Shown: positions 1 through 12,253 of the stretch, piece after piece
Position numbering within the stretch: the stretch's first letter is position 1
How the letters are laid out: each line of letters starts with the position of its first letter
Assembly (NCBI GenBank): GCA_023213395.1
Contig: CM041465.1
Location: 90,093,741-90,157,740, forward strand
Direction of reading: 5' to 3'
Source of the DNA: Cycas panzhihuaensis
Taxonomy: Eukaryota; Plantae; Cycadophyta
Length of the DNA: 64,000 nucleotides
The notes under the pieces: generated by a model
What the model saw: the letters and a program-made list of their open reading frames with translations, nothing else
Databases searched by the model: none
Told to the model about the DNA's origin: nothing
Position numbers and translations under genes: made by a program

Positions 1-3000
1 ATAGATTCCCTTATACTACCTTATAGGTTCCTCCCATAAGTACTATCCTTTCTCATGGTGCTTCCCACCTTAACCAAGGGAATTCTTTTCCTCCACCTCA
101 TTAAACTATAGTATATAATGTAAGACCTCCATCCTCTTAGTCTTATAAAGGACCTACACCATTTACTCCTTCATTCCCTTCACATTATACCTATGTTGGA
201 GCCTGAGGATTGTGCAGTGATCCTTACACTTATGTTTCTCCTATTGACCCTCACATCCCTTAGTAATAGATACTTAGGGAAACTAAAGGGCCCATAGTAT
301 CTAGTGGTCCTAGACTTATTTATGCTCATCATTCATACCCATAGCATACAATTCTCCTTCTATAATATATTCCTTCATATTAATAGTATCATATCCCCCA
401 AACAAAAATCCACCTCAACCCTACTACGAGGTTCATTCCTTCTCATCCTCTATATCCTTAACCTCCACATTGCAATAAACCCTTATATGGCCCCTCCATT
501 GCTTATCAATAGCCTCCTTATTAACCCCTCTCTATGTTAAGGCCCAAGAGGTCATTCATAGACTACATGAGGAATCCATTCCTACAAAATTCTTCCTTTT
601 ACCAATGCCCCCATTTGTCCCTGAGTTACTAAAATTCTCAAGAGAATTAGCACAAGATTATATTAGACATGTTCAAGCCTTTATACCTGCATGTCTTAAC
701 TTCTTACCATATGATTATGTCATGATGAAATTGTTTCTAAAATCACTTCAAGGTGACACTTTGAAATGGTTCTATCACCTTTAATCCATTTCCTTTTTAT
801 ATTCTAGTAATTACTTAATGCTTTTATTAGTTATTTTAATGTTACTAGGCCATTCAAAACATACACCAAGTCTCTTCTATCTATGAAATAAAATAATGAC
901 AAATCATTTTGTAACTTTGTAAGACAATTCCAAGACCTAGTCCATGCTTTCCATTCTCACCTTAACTCAAGTCTCCTCTTTGATGTATTTACCAATGCTT
1001 TGAGGCTCGATGTCCACTTAAAGGTTCTTAAACTTGTTCCCCAAACTTACAAAGAAGTCATTGATAATTGTTTGGCTCTTAAAGCCTTTAAGAGTCAAGC
1101 AAGAATCAAGAAGATTAGTAAGCCAACTCTGCCAAAGGACTCCTCCTAAAGATTTAAACCTACTTATGGTGGTCGTACATATAATCATCTTACATCTACT
1201 ATTAAAGCCCTTAAGCATGCCATCAATACCAAGCTATGTATTAAAAACTCCTCCACTCCTAACCTAAAATAAGAAATTAAAGGTATCCATTATGCCAAAG
1301 GGATGAAATAATAAGACCCTCTTTGCCCCCCATTAAGGAGGGCTCCTTGGTATTCTTGGCACCAAATTGATACTCATGATCATGATGAGTATTGCATGGT
1401 TTAAGCAATGGCTTAAACAACCCAAAGCAATAATAATCCCACTTCTAAGCCTATTCAAGATTAATTAATTCACAACAACCATTTACGTAACCACAACATA
1501 ATATACACTAAGCATAAAAGTAAAGGAAATGCTAAATAAGATGACATTAGTGATAATGAGAGCTTAAGTTTAAGGCTTAATAAGAAATATACCACCTTAC
1601 CTAAGGGTGGGGGCAAGCAAGCTAACAATCAAAATAGGCCACCTCCCAAAGGTGGAAAGACTAAGAGGATAATTAATATGGTAAAGGTAATGAAGAACCT
1701 AACTTTAACTAAATCTATTGAAGATTCACAACCTAAACCTCTAGAATCCTTACCCCTTGTGCCACCTAAACCCATTTGTTTTAGATCCATCCCCTCCACC
1801 ATAAAAGATTGATCCCTCTTATTAGTCGATGAGATGAAGACTATCCCTACTAGGATTTCGATAATAGACTTATTAAGGAGTTGCCTAAAGTAACGTCAAC
1901 TCTTACTTGACACATTAGGGGTACCTACTCCCAATTCCCCAACAAGTCTTTCCCTCTCTTTTAAACCTTCCATCTTGTTAAATAAGAAGAAGAGAAACCT
2001 TAATGGTATTCCTCCTTTTGACATTCAAATCAGTAAAGCTGAAATTAACATTCAACATGTCATTGTTGATGAAGGCTCGTTAGTTAACATAATCCTCTTT
2101 CACCTTATAATGGATTTAGATATTACCACATATAAACCTTGTGAATGGATTTATCAAGGATATGATAAGAACTAAAAAGTACCAATAAGGCATATCACTC
2201 TCCCCCTCACCTTATAAGGGAAAATAGTTATGGTCAACCTCACTATCATAGACCTTGACTTGGAATGCAATATCTTGTTAGGGAAACCTTAGATCAATTA
2301 GATGTTTTTTATTTATCCCTCACTCTTTAATGAGCTCAAATTCAGTCATGAGGGAGAGTTAAAGGTCATTAAATGAAAGAATATACTGGTCAAGTAATCC
2401 GTTCCACTTCTAGAAACTATTATAGAAATAAGAGAGCCTTCCAACTCTTCTGAGTACTTCTTCTAAGCTTTAGATTTTGGGCACTACTTTACCCCCAAAT
2501 CTCTTCCAACACCTACATAAAATATTGAGAGTATCAACATGATTAATACCATTCCCTCATGTGAAAACTCTTCTTTGAGTCAATCCTATGAGGAAATATT
2601 TCACAACACGTTAGAGCCTTTTTCTATATACACTCTTACCCCTATTGAAGAGGATTTATCCCTTTGCATTAGGAGATACTTAATCAATCCTTCTTAAGTG
2701 GTACAAGACTCAATCCAACAAGCCTCCTCATCTTTATATCATGTTAATGAAGATGGTAGTGTGCTTCAAGATAGTCCTCTCTTTACTAAGAAACTGCTTC
2801 ATTAGGCTTATCCTCTTATGAGTCAAATTTTAGGTATGTCCTTTGCTTACATCGTGTAAAAGATACCCTAGTCACCATTATGCTTGTTCCTCCTCCTTCC
2901 TAATAGGTACATTCTTCTCTAATCACTACTCCCTCTTTTAATAAGCCATCTTATCTTAAGTCTCCTTTTTAGATAGCTCAACTCAATTGACATGATAAGA

Positions 3001-3049
3001 AACTTGTTATACATCAACATCTTGATCTCTTACCTTTAGAAGATAAAAT
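1..3049 (+). pseudogene. Degenerate Tat gag-protease (duplicate copy)
   Basis: Retrotrans_gag-like KLFLKSLQGDTLKWFYHL near 730-780; aspartic protease-like IQHVIVDEGSLVNII in ORF 1975-2175; many stops and frameshifts. Confidence 0.85.
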
Positions 3050-3553
3050 TATTAAAATAGATAACTGAATTACTCTGATACCATGTTAAAATAAATATGG
3101 AATATTGAGATTAGTTCCAATTCCATAAGATAACAAGATGTAATAATAATAAAGTATAAACTCACGAGTATGTACACATAGTGAATTAATCAACATAACT
3201 ATCAAACATCAAACATGTAAAGAAATCAACACAAGATGAACACCAAGATTATATGTGAAAAATCCATTATGGGAAAAACTGTAAGAAAAAATGGAGTTAG
3301 GACTCTGCTTTTGATCATAAGCTTTACATCTTTCTCCTCTCTCCTTGCTCTATCCTTTCTCAAGTTCATAAGTGGTGAGTGTATATATATATAATGAGAT
3401 CATCTCATGAGTAGCTTATTAAATAGAACAAGCCTTTACATCATCCAATAAAGAGATAACATGGATATATGTGTAACTCACATATCTCCATATAAGTGAA
3501 TGGTTGGAAGTATATGTATACAATAAACTCATATTAAACATTATGTTTTGACA
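3050..3553 (-). repeat. 3' LTR of copia family A (duplicate copy), containing an internal PBS copy
   Basis: Matches 19532-20029 and 27398-27900. Followed by reverse-complement PPT ccccccc (3554-3560). Contains actctgatacca (3072-3083), the reverse complement of a tRNA-iMet PBS. Confidence 0.9.
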
Positions 3554-4277
3554 CCCCCCCATAATGTTTAATACCATGTATCTTGATCTCAAGTCTTTAT
3601 GTTGGAACCTATAACCTATAATTGTATCATGTATCTTGTATGCAGTATCACCTATAACTTATAATAAATTGTAATCATATGCATATCTCCATTAAGTATT
3701 AACCTATATAAAATTAATATATATGAAGTGTTTTATGTACATCTTTATATCTTAACTTGTATGGTTGATTTTAATCAACATTAAGTTTGAAGATTAATAT
3801 TATATTAACCATTCATCAAATCAAGAGACAAGCAAAGTGATATCTAAGTCCATATGAAACAATGACCATCTACCAAAATGCATGGAAAACTAGCCACTAT
3901 AATCGCTAATTCACAAGGAAATTGCTTCAAGTACATGGTTTAACATCCTTCCAAATTACTTGTAGGGATAACACAATTAAGTATGTTATATAAGTGTAGC
4001 ATTAGCTAAATTAGGTCGATAGTTAGATCTTATGTTAAACAATCAACTCTATAATAAGCTGAACTAGCTAGCCAAGGTAACTTAACTTGTACTCAACATC
4101 CAACTAGATAACATCGATAACCAAGTGGATCATAAGAAACTGCTTCAATAACCAGGTGATCTATATATTTGGTTAGGAATTTTTTCATCTACTAAAGCAA
4201 ATGTGATGTTATCAAGGGGAAAATGAAAAGCCAATATATCAAAGATATCTTATATCACAACTTCATCAAATGTTTCT

Positions 4278-4548
4278 TAAGTTACATTTTTAACATTGGC
4301 TCAATTAAAATTGTATGGAGTATAAAGAAAACAATTGATAATTTCTTTATCTATATCTAAAGTTGAGTGTAAGGCAATTGAAGCATTAGCTTGTGAAATA
4401 GTTTAGCTTAGAAAGATATTATAAGATCTACATCAACCTCAAATTAGACCTATATAGATTTATTATGATAATAAAAATATAATTCAGATGATAAAGAATC
4501 TTGTCTTGCATTATGAAATAAAGCATATCAAGATTAAGTATCATTACA
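4278..4548 (+). pseudogene. Ty1/copia RNase H fragment
   Basis: Translates as ..KVECKAIEALACEIV*LRKIL..IYYDNKNIIQMIKNLVLHYEIKHIKIKYHYI, the copia RNase HI motif (AEY.A...A.E..WLR / DN.SAI...NPV.H.RTKHI..KYH.I). Confidence 0.9.
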
Positions 4549-6214
4549 TTGTAAGAGTTGGAAAGATAAGAATAGATTATTTGATAAGATTCTTGAGTTT
4601 ATTTGATAATTTCTATGCATTGTCATCCCATTTAAAAGTATCCTTCTTATTCAAGTTAGACATAGGTCCTATTATGTAACCATAACCTTTCATAAAGCAT
4701 CTATAAAACCTTGTGGCCTATAAAAACTCCTTAATATTCGATACATTTATTAGTGTCATCTAACCTAGTATATCTTAGATTTTACTAGGATCTGCTTTGA
4801 CTCCATCCTTTGATATGATGCAACACAAATATTCTATTTCTTATCTTCCAAAGATACGTTATCCTTATTTGTGAAAAGGGAATTATCTTGTAAAGCTTCC
4901 AAAACTTACTTGGCATGTTATAGGTGTTCTCCTTAAATCTTATTAGAAATCAAAATATGATCAAAGAAAATAAGTATAATTTTTTTTTAGATGGGAATAG
5001 AGTACCTTATTCATGGTGGCTTAGAAAGTAGTTGGCATGTTCATCATTCTAAATGGCATAATTATAAACTCTTACTTCCCATCATAAATGCAAAAATTTG
5101 TTTAGCTATATCTTAAGCTCTAACTTAGATTTAATAATAACCTACTTTTAAATCAATTTTGGTAAAAAATTAGACTCCATGTAATTCATCTAGCAAGTCA
5201 CTAATGCATGGAATTGGCAACTTATTATTGTTAGTTACTTTGTTTAATGGTCTATAGTTTATGTATATTTTATAAGACCCATCTTTCTTAGATGCTAAGA
5301 TAACTAGAGCAACAAAATGAGTTTTGTTAGGCATAACAACTCCTTACTCTATTAATTCCTGTGTCAACTTCTTAATGCTCATATATTGATAAGTGCCATC
5401 CATGGTTCTAAATAAATAATATGTTCCATACTTCTATCTATGGATAGCCTATTTATAAGCTCCTTGAAGATGTTAAAGTATTCATGTATTATACTTTGAT
5501 GTCTAAATAGTTATCTACTTCCTCAAGAATTATGATTATATAGCAATTAATAGTATATCCTAGGACTCCCTTATTTAGAAATTTTTCCATATGATAAGAA
5601 GAGATCATCTAGTTAGGGGGCATCGATAAGGACTACAACTTATATTACTTTTTATATTATCTAAAAACAATAAATATCTTGATCTAATTCATAAAAAATA
5701 TCCCTATCATCTCAAACTATTATACTTCCAATATTATATCATCTCCTCTTATAAGCATGGTGTATGTCAGTGACTAGAGTAAATAACCTCTAATAGGAAC
5801 TTTAGAATATGCTTCTTTGAATGGAATGGTTTTCCCTGCCATATATACTTAAAATTATTTATATACCACTATGTAAAGACCTACTTGATTGATTATTTAT
5901 TTATTGATGAAATTATATATGCTTCCATCATCAGGTAATATTGTCACCTTAATGCCTTTAATATTTCCTAAGAGACAAAATTTGAGGTGATAAGAATACC
6001 TATATCATGGCTTGTAAGGAGAAGTCTACTCTTATAATATCCAACTCTTCCCTTAGAGTTAAGGTTTCCAAGATTTTCTCATCTTCATTAGATTAATTAT
6101 TAGGTGGATTAGCTCCTTCCTTCTCTTCTATTGGTTAATCATTCTCAAGCATATGCAACTTCTTTCAAGCACACATATGGTCCTTACTACATTTTATATT
6201 TCACTTGAAATATG

Positions 6215-7415
6215 TGTTAGGTGTAATTTTCATTACCCTATGCATTGGGACCATGTGATTCATCTTATGCCATCATTGTAAAGGTAAAATGTTATTTTAT
6301 TTTATGTTTTATTATTATTTTACGTTTTTAAATTGTCGGTTGAGGCAGGCTCTTACCTACCTCCCAACTTATATATTTTATGGGGCATAATATCCCTGGT
6401 GTTCATCGACAACACTTATCAATGAAATTTATTACGTTTTTCAATATGAATTTTAAGATGGATTAGAAACGTACCTTCTCTACTCCATCCTCACGCGTGC
6501 TTTCATTTGGTATCAGAGCCATTCTTGGAACTATGGGTGATGGAAGTACATCTTAACAGCTACATCAATCCATCACAGTCTTACTCCGATCAACCACTAT
6601 TATTTCTATCTCCATAGAGGCCGACATCTTCTTCACATCACATGTCTTCTACTAATCAATCCCTTGACATTCACATCTACCTGTTACGTTTCTCTACCTT
6701 ATGCATCTACCATTACTTTCCATATGCTCTTAATTGCCTACTTCATTCAAGTGCTCATTACATTCAACGAAAGCTTATTCCAACTTAAAATAGAGTTGCA
6801 TCTAAGCAATACACATTCAATGGACCACTTAGTAGGATTAACCCACATTAGAGATTTAGTTGTTGACCAATGAGCCAACATGAAGCCGCTTCTCCACTAT
6901 TGAGTATCAAGTCACCCACAGTTGTTGCTCTATTCATTTCCACTCACTCCAAAGTCATCTACACCAAACCATGAAACAAAGTAGCAATAGGTGGGAAAAC
7001 CCTACAAGATTAATTAAGCAGAATGATTTGGACATGACAATAGGATACCAAAAAATAATTGGCACATTAATCAATCTAGGCAAACCACAGAAGTCCTCTC
7101 CAGAAAATACTTGTAAGTAGCCATTGTATCTGCATAACATATTTCCTAGTGGTGCTCCATTCACTACGCCCCTACGTGAAGTGTATACTAGAGATACTAG
7201 CTATAAAAAGGGTCTCTTCTCATGCTTTTCTGTGAAGGTTTCGATGAGTGGTATTATCTCTAACGCATCGTCGTCAACTTGGTTGTTGTGGGCCGTTTTA
7301 GAATCTACTGTGAGTAACTCCTTTTTTTTTCCACATTTTCTCTTTAACGTCTTCTTATCTCGTCTATGTGGCATCTCCATTACATGTTCTTGTGTATCTG
7401 TGATTAACATTTCTC

Positions 7416-7469
<54 letters not shown>

Positions 7470-9908
7470 TTTTTTTTTTTTTTTTTTTTTTTTTTCTTTT
7501 TTAATATTTTTCTTCTATATGATCTTAGTGCTTGCAGTTGTAAGTGGTTTAATTTGATTTGATCAATTCTTAATTGTTTTTTCATTCTGATAGTCACTGA
7601 TTAACGACCACGCAGGTCTCATTTCAATATTATATTTTTTTCAAAGTCTTTTGATAAATTTAATTATATTGGAATTGATTTTTGTGTCTGTCTGCATAGC
7701 CCCCCTTAGCCCCTGCCTTTAGGTCACATGTTGTCCCATGTGACCATGGTTTAATTTCGAAAGAGGCAGATCTTAAAATTTAATTAACTATTTTTAATAA
7801 TTTCAATATTAAAGGAGTTTAATTATCTTGTATAAAATTTCAAATCCACTAGCTCCCTTTTAACCCTCGAGGGTGGTCTTATTCATCCTCCACATGACCA
7901 AGGGCCTGAGCTCAAAGGGGATTAATCCCCCCTTATTCATTTTTTACCATAAAGAGGTCGTTTTACTATTTTGGCTATAACTTTTGATCCAGGAGTTTGT
8001 TTTTCGAATGAATGGACTTGTTGAAAATATAATTTGATGATCTACATACTAAAGTAGTTTTTATTATGTTTTAAGGTTATTTTTTTGGAGTTTTAAGGCT
8101 ACTAAAGTTAGCCATTCTATTTACTCAAAGTTTGAGTATTTTCCAACATCTTTGAGTTATTTTATTACTTCATTCAAGAATATTTACATGATATTGAGTT
8201 ATTAATCCATTGTTGACTAATTTTACTTTATCTTTAGAGACTCACATCTAATTTTTACAATTTTTTAGTCAATTTTGACCTCTTGAAATAAAGGAAAACC
8301 TTTGGAATCTAATGTCATCAACTAGTGTTTTCTAACCCTTAATAACTTTGTTTTAAAGTTGTTATTCTATTTTATAGTTCATTTACTTTACATTAAATCT
8401 CATATCAAGCCTATTTTTGCTTATTTTAGGGTCAAATTGCTTCTCTAAAGCATATTTTTAAAAGTGTATTCAAGGCTAAAATAAAAGTGCATATTTAAAT
8501 AATATATTTAAAGCATACTTTGCATCTTTTTATAGCTTGAAAGGGGCCCATATAAAAGTGCATTTGTTGCTCATTTATTTTTAGTTTATTTATTAATATA
8601 TTGAAGTTTAAAATAGGCTCATTTTTCTCATCATTAATCATTATATCTCTTTATTAAAGTTTATTTTTCTAAAAAGCATCAACTAAGATTCCTTTTATTG
8701 CATCTAAAAGAGCATTTAGAGTGCATCCTATTGCATGTGTATAAGATCATTCAAAGGGTATCGTATTTCCTTTAATTACATACTATTTTAGAGCTTATTT
8801 GAGTCACTATTAAAATCTTGATTAAGTCATATATATTTCTCATTTAAAAAGGTGTATTCTTATTTCATTTGATATTAAAGATTCTTGCTTGATTAATAAG
8901 ACCACATATTTTTCTTTGGATTATGAATTAAAGTGTTTATAATGGTAGTAAATCTTAGTGATACAAGTATACCTATTTTTTACGGAATCAATTTTCAACT
9001 TTGAAGAAATTTAATGAAATCATATTTTATTACTAATAATCATTGGAAATTGTAAATGATGGCTACAATGAAGATGTACAAAACTTTAAAGAAAATGTGA
9101 AAAGAGACAATGAAGCCTTAGCTTTAATATTTTGTTCATTAAATGACCACACATTCTAGTAATAGTGAGATAACCACATCAAAGAATATATGGTATATCT
9201 TAGAATTAGTTTATCTGGGAGCCACTATAAAACTAGAAGAAACTAAATATTTTGATAATGTTTTATATGTGGGACAGATGTTAGAGCTACACAACAATGA
9301 TGTATTTGATAATGTTGTATGTACCATTGATAACTCTAACAAAATTGATGATCACTCCAAGGTAAAAGTTGAAGGAGACAAAGATCCTAATGAAGTCAAA
9401 CCTACTCATTCAAATCAAGTTTAGAAACCACATGAGCCTTACATTCTTAAAGAGGTTAACATTGTAAAGGCATCAATAAGGGATGATGACATGGAATTGG
9501 TCTACAACAAAGCAAAGGAACAAGCAACATATCTCTTTCCTAAAGTCTTTCTAAAGTACAAGTTAAACAAATTCAAAGAAAAACTTGAAGTTTCACATAC
9601 TAAACATTATAGGGAGGAATGTTAGGTATAATGTTCATTACCCTATGCATTGGGACCATGTGAGCCATCTTACGCCATTATTGTAAAGGTAAAATGTTAT
9701 TTTATTTTATGTTTTATTGTTATTTTATATTTTGAATTGTCGGTTGAGGTGGGCTCCCACCTGCCTCCCAAACTATATATCTTATGGGGCATTATACCTC
9801 AGCATTCATCAACACCACCTATCAATGAAATTTATTAAGTTTTTTAATATGATTTTTAATATGGGTTAGAAACATATTTATTCTACTATGTCCTCATATG
9901 TGTTTTTA
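6215..9908 (+). mobile_element. Non-autonomous Ty1/copia element J (LTRs 6215-6505 and 9620-9908; gag remnant only)
   Basis: ~290-bp direct repeats; PBS tggtatcagagcc 6508-6520; PPT agggaggaa 9611-9619; TSD atatg/atacg; gag N-terminus remnant IPIFYGINFQL..HWEIVNDGY..KRDNEALALIF at ~8965-9135; no pol seen. Confidence 0.92.
7425..7502. repeat. (TA)n microsatellite followed by poly(T)
   Basis: Directly visible. Confidence 0.95.
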
Positions 9909-10177
9909 ATACGTTCCCTTTTTAAGACAATTAACCATTGAAGTACTTATTAATTAGCTTATTTTCTGGATATTCCCAAGGGTTTATAGTGACAATGTTA
10001 TCCCAATAATCATCTTGTGATTCTCATTCTCTCTTCTTACTTGCATAGCTCAAAAGTAGTCTCAATACTCTACCTCTATATTTTGGGCATATACCATTGC
10101 TTGTCTTAGGTTACAGATCATTTATGATTTAAACCTAAAATAAATCTTTTTCTTTAAGCCACTAATATTTGCATCCA

Positions 10178-10431
10178 ACAAAGCCCCACATGAGATAGCA
10201 CAATGGTATTGAAGGTAAGGTCTCACCCTAAGACCCATGTTTGAGTCTCGTCAAAGGTAAGCGCTTATTTAGGAGCTTCTAAGGTGGTAGTCTTTCACTA
10301 ATATTAGGTGCAATGATATCTAAGTTTTCCCTAATAATGTTGGACTATAGGTGAACAGTAAGATCCTAAGAGGAGTAGTGGTGACAATAAGGACATTGAC
10401 ACCTCCAGGTGATCAAAAAATAATAAAAAAG
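10178..10431 (+). mobile_element. tRNA-derived SINE
   Basis: A-box-like tagcacaatgg (~10196-10206); B-box-like gtttgagtct (~10238-10247); A-rich tail 10415-10430; 11-bp TSD atttgcatcca (10167-10177) / atttgcatcta (10432-10442). Confidence 0.88.
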
Positions 10432-11243
10432 ATTTGCATCTAGAAAGAACTTTTTCTCTATATGATTTAACAACATGCTTTATAAATTTTAAAATTATTT
10501 TGTGTATTCCTAGACCATTCTTATTTATTATAGTCTATGCATTGTAAGGTAAAAATCATTATTCCATATATCCTTATACTTCTCATATATTATGTGTGTA
10601 AAAAATGTCTAAATAAAATTAATTAAGTTCTCATAGTTTTCGCACTACCATTTAAACTAATAAAATACTCTATTGCTCAAGTATATGAAGGTAAGGATAA
10701 TTTTATCCTTTTCAAAGCTAAGATGGATGTCAAAATAGGTTTCCATATTGATTATTCATGCTTATATATCCTTGGTTCTATCTAGATCAAAGAATTCTAA
10801 GTAGATTTTCAAGTTCTTAATGATTGAGCTTCTTGTATTCTATAAATCCTTTGTCAAGTCCTCTTGTCATTCATCCTTAGATGTTCCCTCTCCTCATTTA
10901 TTCTTAGATGGGTTTTCCTCTTCCTTAAGTGTCTTCTAATACTTCATGAATCCTTTTAAGGTTTGATGGTAAGCATTCATACCAACTATAAGCTTATTAA
11001 CCATCTCTTGTAATGTGTTTACTACATATGATGTTTATTAGAGCTCCCTGATTTATTTTATAATGTATTCTATAATTTTGCATAATTTTGCAACATGCTT
11101 AGTTTCGGATGGAGTGATTCACAACTAATTAGATCCAGGTGATTGTAAATTTTTCATACTAAAACTTGAGCAAAGCTCTAGTATTCCCTAATTCTTAATG
11201 GTTCAATGACTTAAGCCTAAGTTACTTTAAGTGCTAGTGGAAA

Positions 11244-11402
<159 letters not shown>

Positions 11403-11919
11403 TTACTATGGGAATAAATGAGTGTTGAAAACAAGCATTTAGGTAGCAATATATAATAACTAAGGAAATGCTATGTTTGAAAAGGATGTCTTGATTTGGA
11501 ATAACAAAACAAAATAATAAGTATAATAAAAGCTAAGAGATAATACCTAACCCTATGCTCATCAAAAGCTAATAATAAAATTTATCAAAAAAGAACAAAT
11601 AACTAGGAAAATGATGAAAGTAAAATGAGAGAAATGATAACTAGATGGATGAAGAAAATATGTAAAAAATAATTTATGACAATATAAACATCTAGATAAT
11701 CAAGTAAAAAATATTATCTAAAATAAAAAATGATAATAATAAAATAATAAAATAAAAGACTAAAAAAATAAAATAGATAAAAAATGAAATAAAAACAAGG
11801 GACAAAAAAAATAAATAATGAGGGAAATGAAAAAGTAAAATAATTAGCTAAAGGCATAATCTAATGGTGTTAAGTCTTAAAATGCCTAACCCAAATAGCC
11901 CTATATATATTGAACTTTA

Positions 11920-12201
11920 TGTAAGATATTGTTCCCCTCAAATTCCATATAAATAGGTGTTAAGATAATGTCTACATTAGTACAAGTCCTAAATCTCTAC
12001 ATGTCAAATTAATATAGTGTTTGTCAACTCTAGGAAGCGATGAGCTTTGAGGTATGTGCATGAGTCCCATTTATATTAATATAAAGCATGAAGACCCTAG
12101 TGTTCATTAACACCACCACTTTATCAACTACTTATTTTGTATTCTTGCTTTTTCATTCATATTGTATTTTATCCTACAATACCTACATTTGGTAACAGAG
12201 T
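11920..12201 (+). mobile_element. Putative short LTR plus PBS of an older element (E) into which the Tat element inserted
   Basis: tgtaag...cctaca followed by tt-tggtaacagagt (one mismatch to tggtatcagag); no partner LTR found. Confidence 0.45.
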
Positions 12202-12253
12202 GGAGTTAAGCAATCATTTTCTCAATTCATATGTTCCTATTGTTGTTGATATA

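Larger units (their letters stand above)
1..4277 (+). repeat. Direct segmental duplication of 16480-20761 (Tat gag-PR region, junction with copia A, LTR-A, PPT and 3' internal part of A)
   Basis: Colinear high identity throughout, e.g. ORFs 304-540 vs 16783-17019 and 1975-2175 vs 18456-18698. Homology ends abruptly after 'cttcatcaaatgtttct' (4277/20761). Confidence 0.95.
4549..11160 (-). mobile_element. Degenerate chromovirus-like Ty3/gypsy internal region (gag-PR-RT), truncated before RH/INT and interrupted by copia J and a SINE
   Basis: Minus-strand motifs EFIIMPFRMMNMPTTF*ATMN (~5010-5070), FKWDDNA (~4620-4640), protease-like VTILPDDGSIYNFI (~5905-5950), zinc-knuckle remnant at ~6170-6210; gag continues at 9914-11160. 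Confidence 0.8.

Noticed and set aside
304-540. ORF conserved in both duplicates (16783-17019) as a small gene
   Set aside because: Alternate frame within the Pro/Tyr-rich Tat gag N-terminus; the conservation only reflects the duplication.
3050-3560. One-LTR circle integration or tandem element suggested by PBS-LTR-PPT order
   Set aside because: The TSD (aaaat/gaaat) places the PBS copy inside the LTR as a repeated module.
7201-7410. 69-aa Lys-rich minus-strand ORF as a host exon or captured gene
   Set aside because: No recognisable domain; it lies antisense in the pyrimidine-rich leader of element J.
10178-10260. tRNA gene
   Set aside because: A/B boxes are followed by a non-tRNA body, an A tail and a TSD, so it is a SINE.
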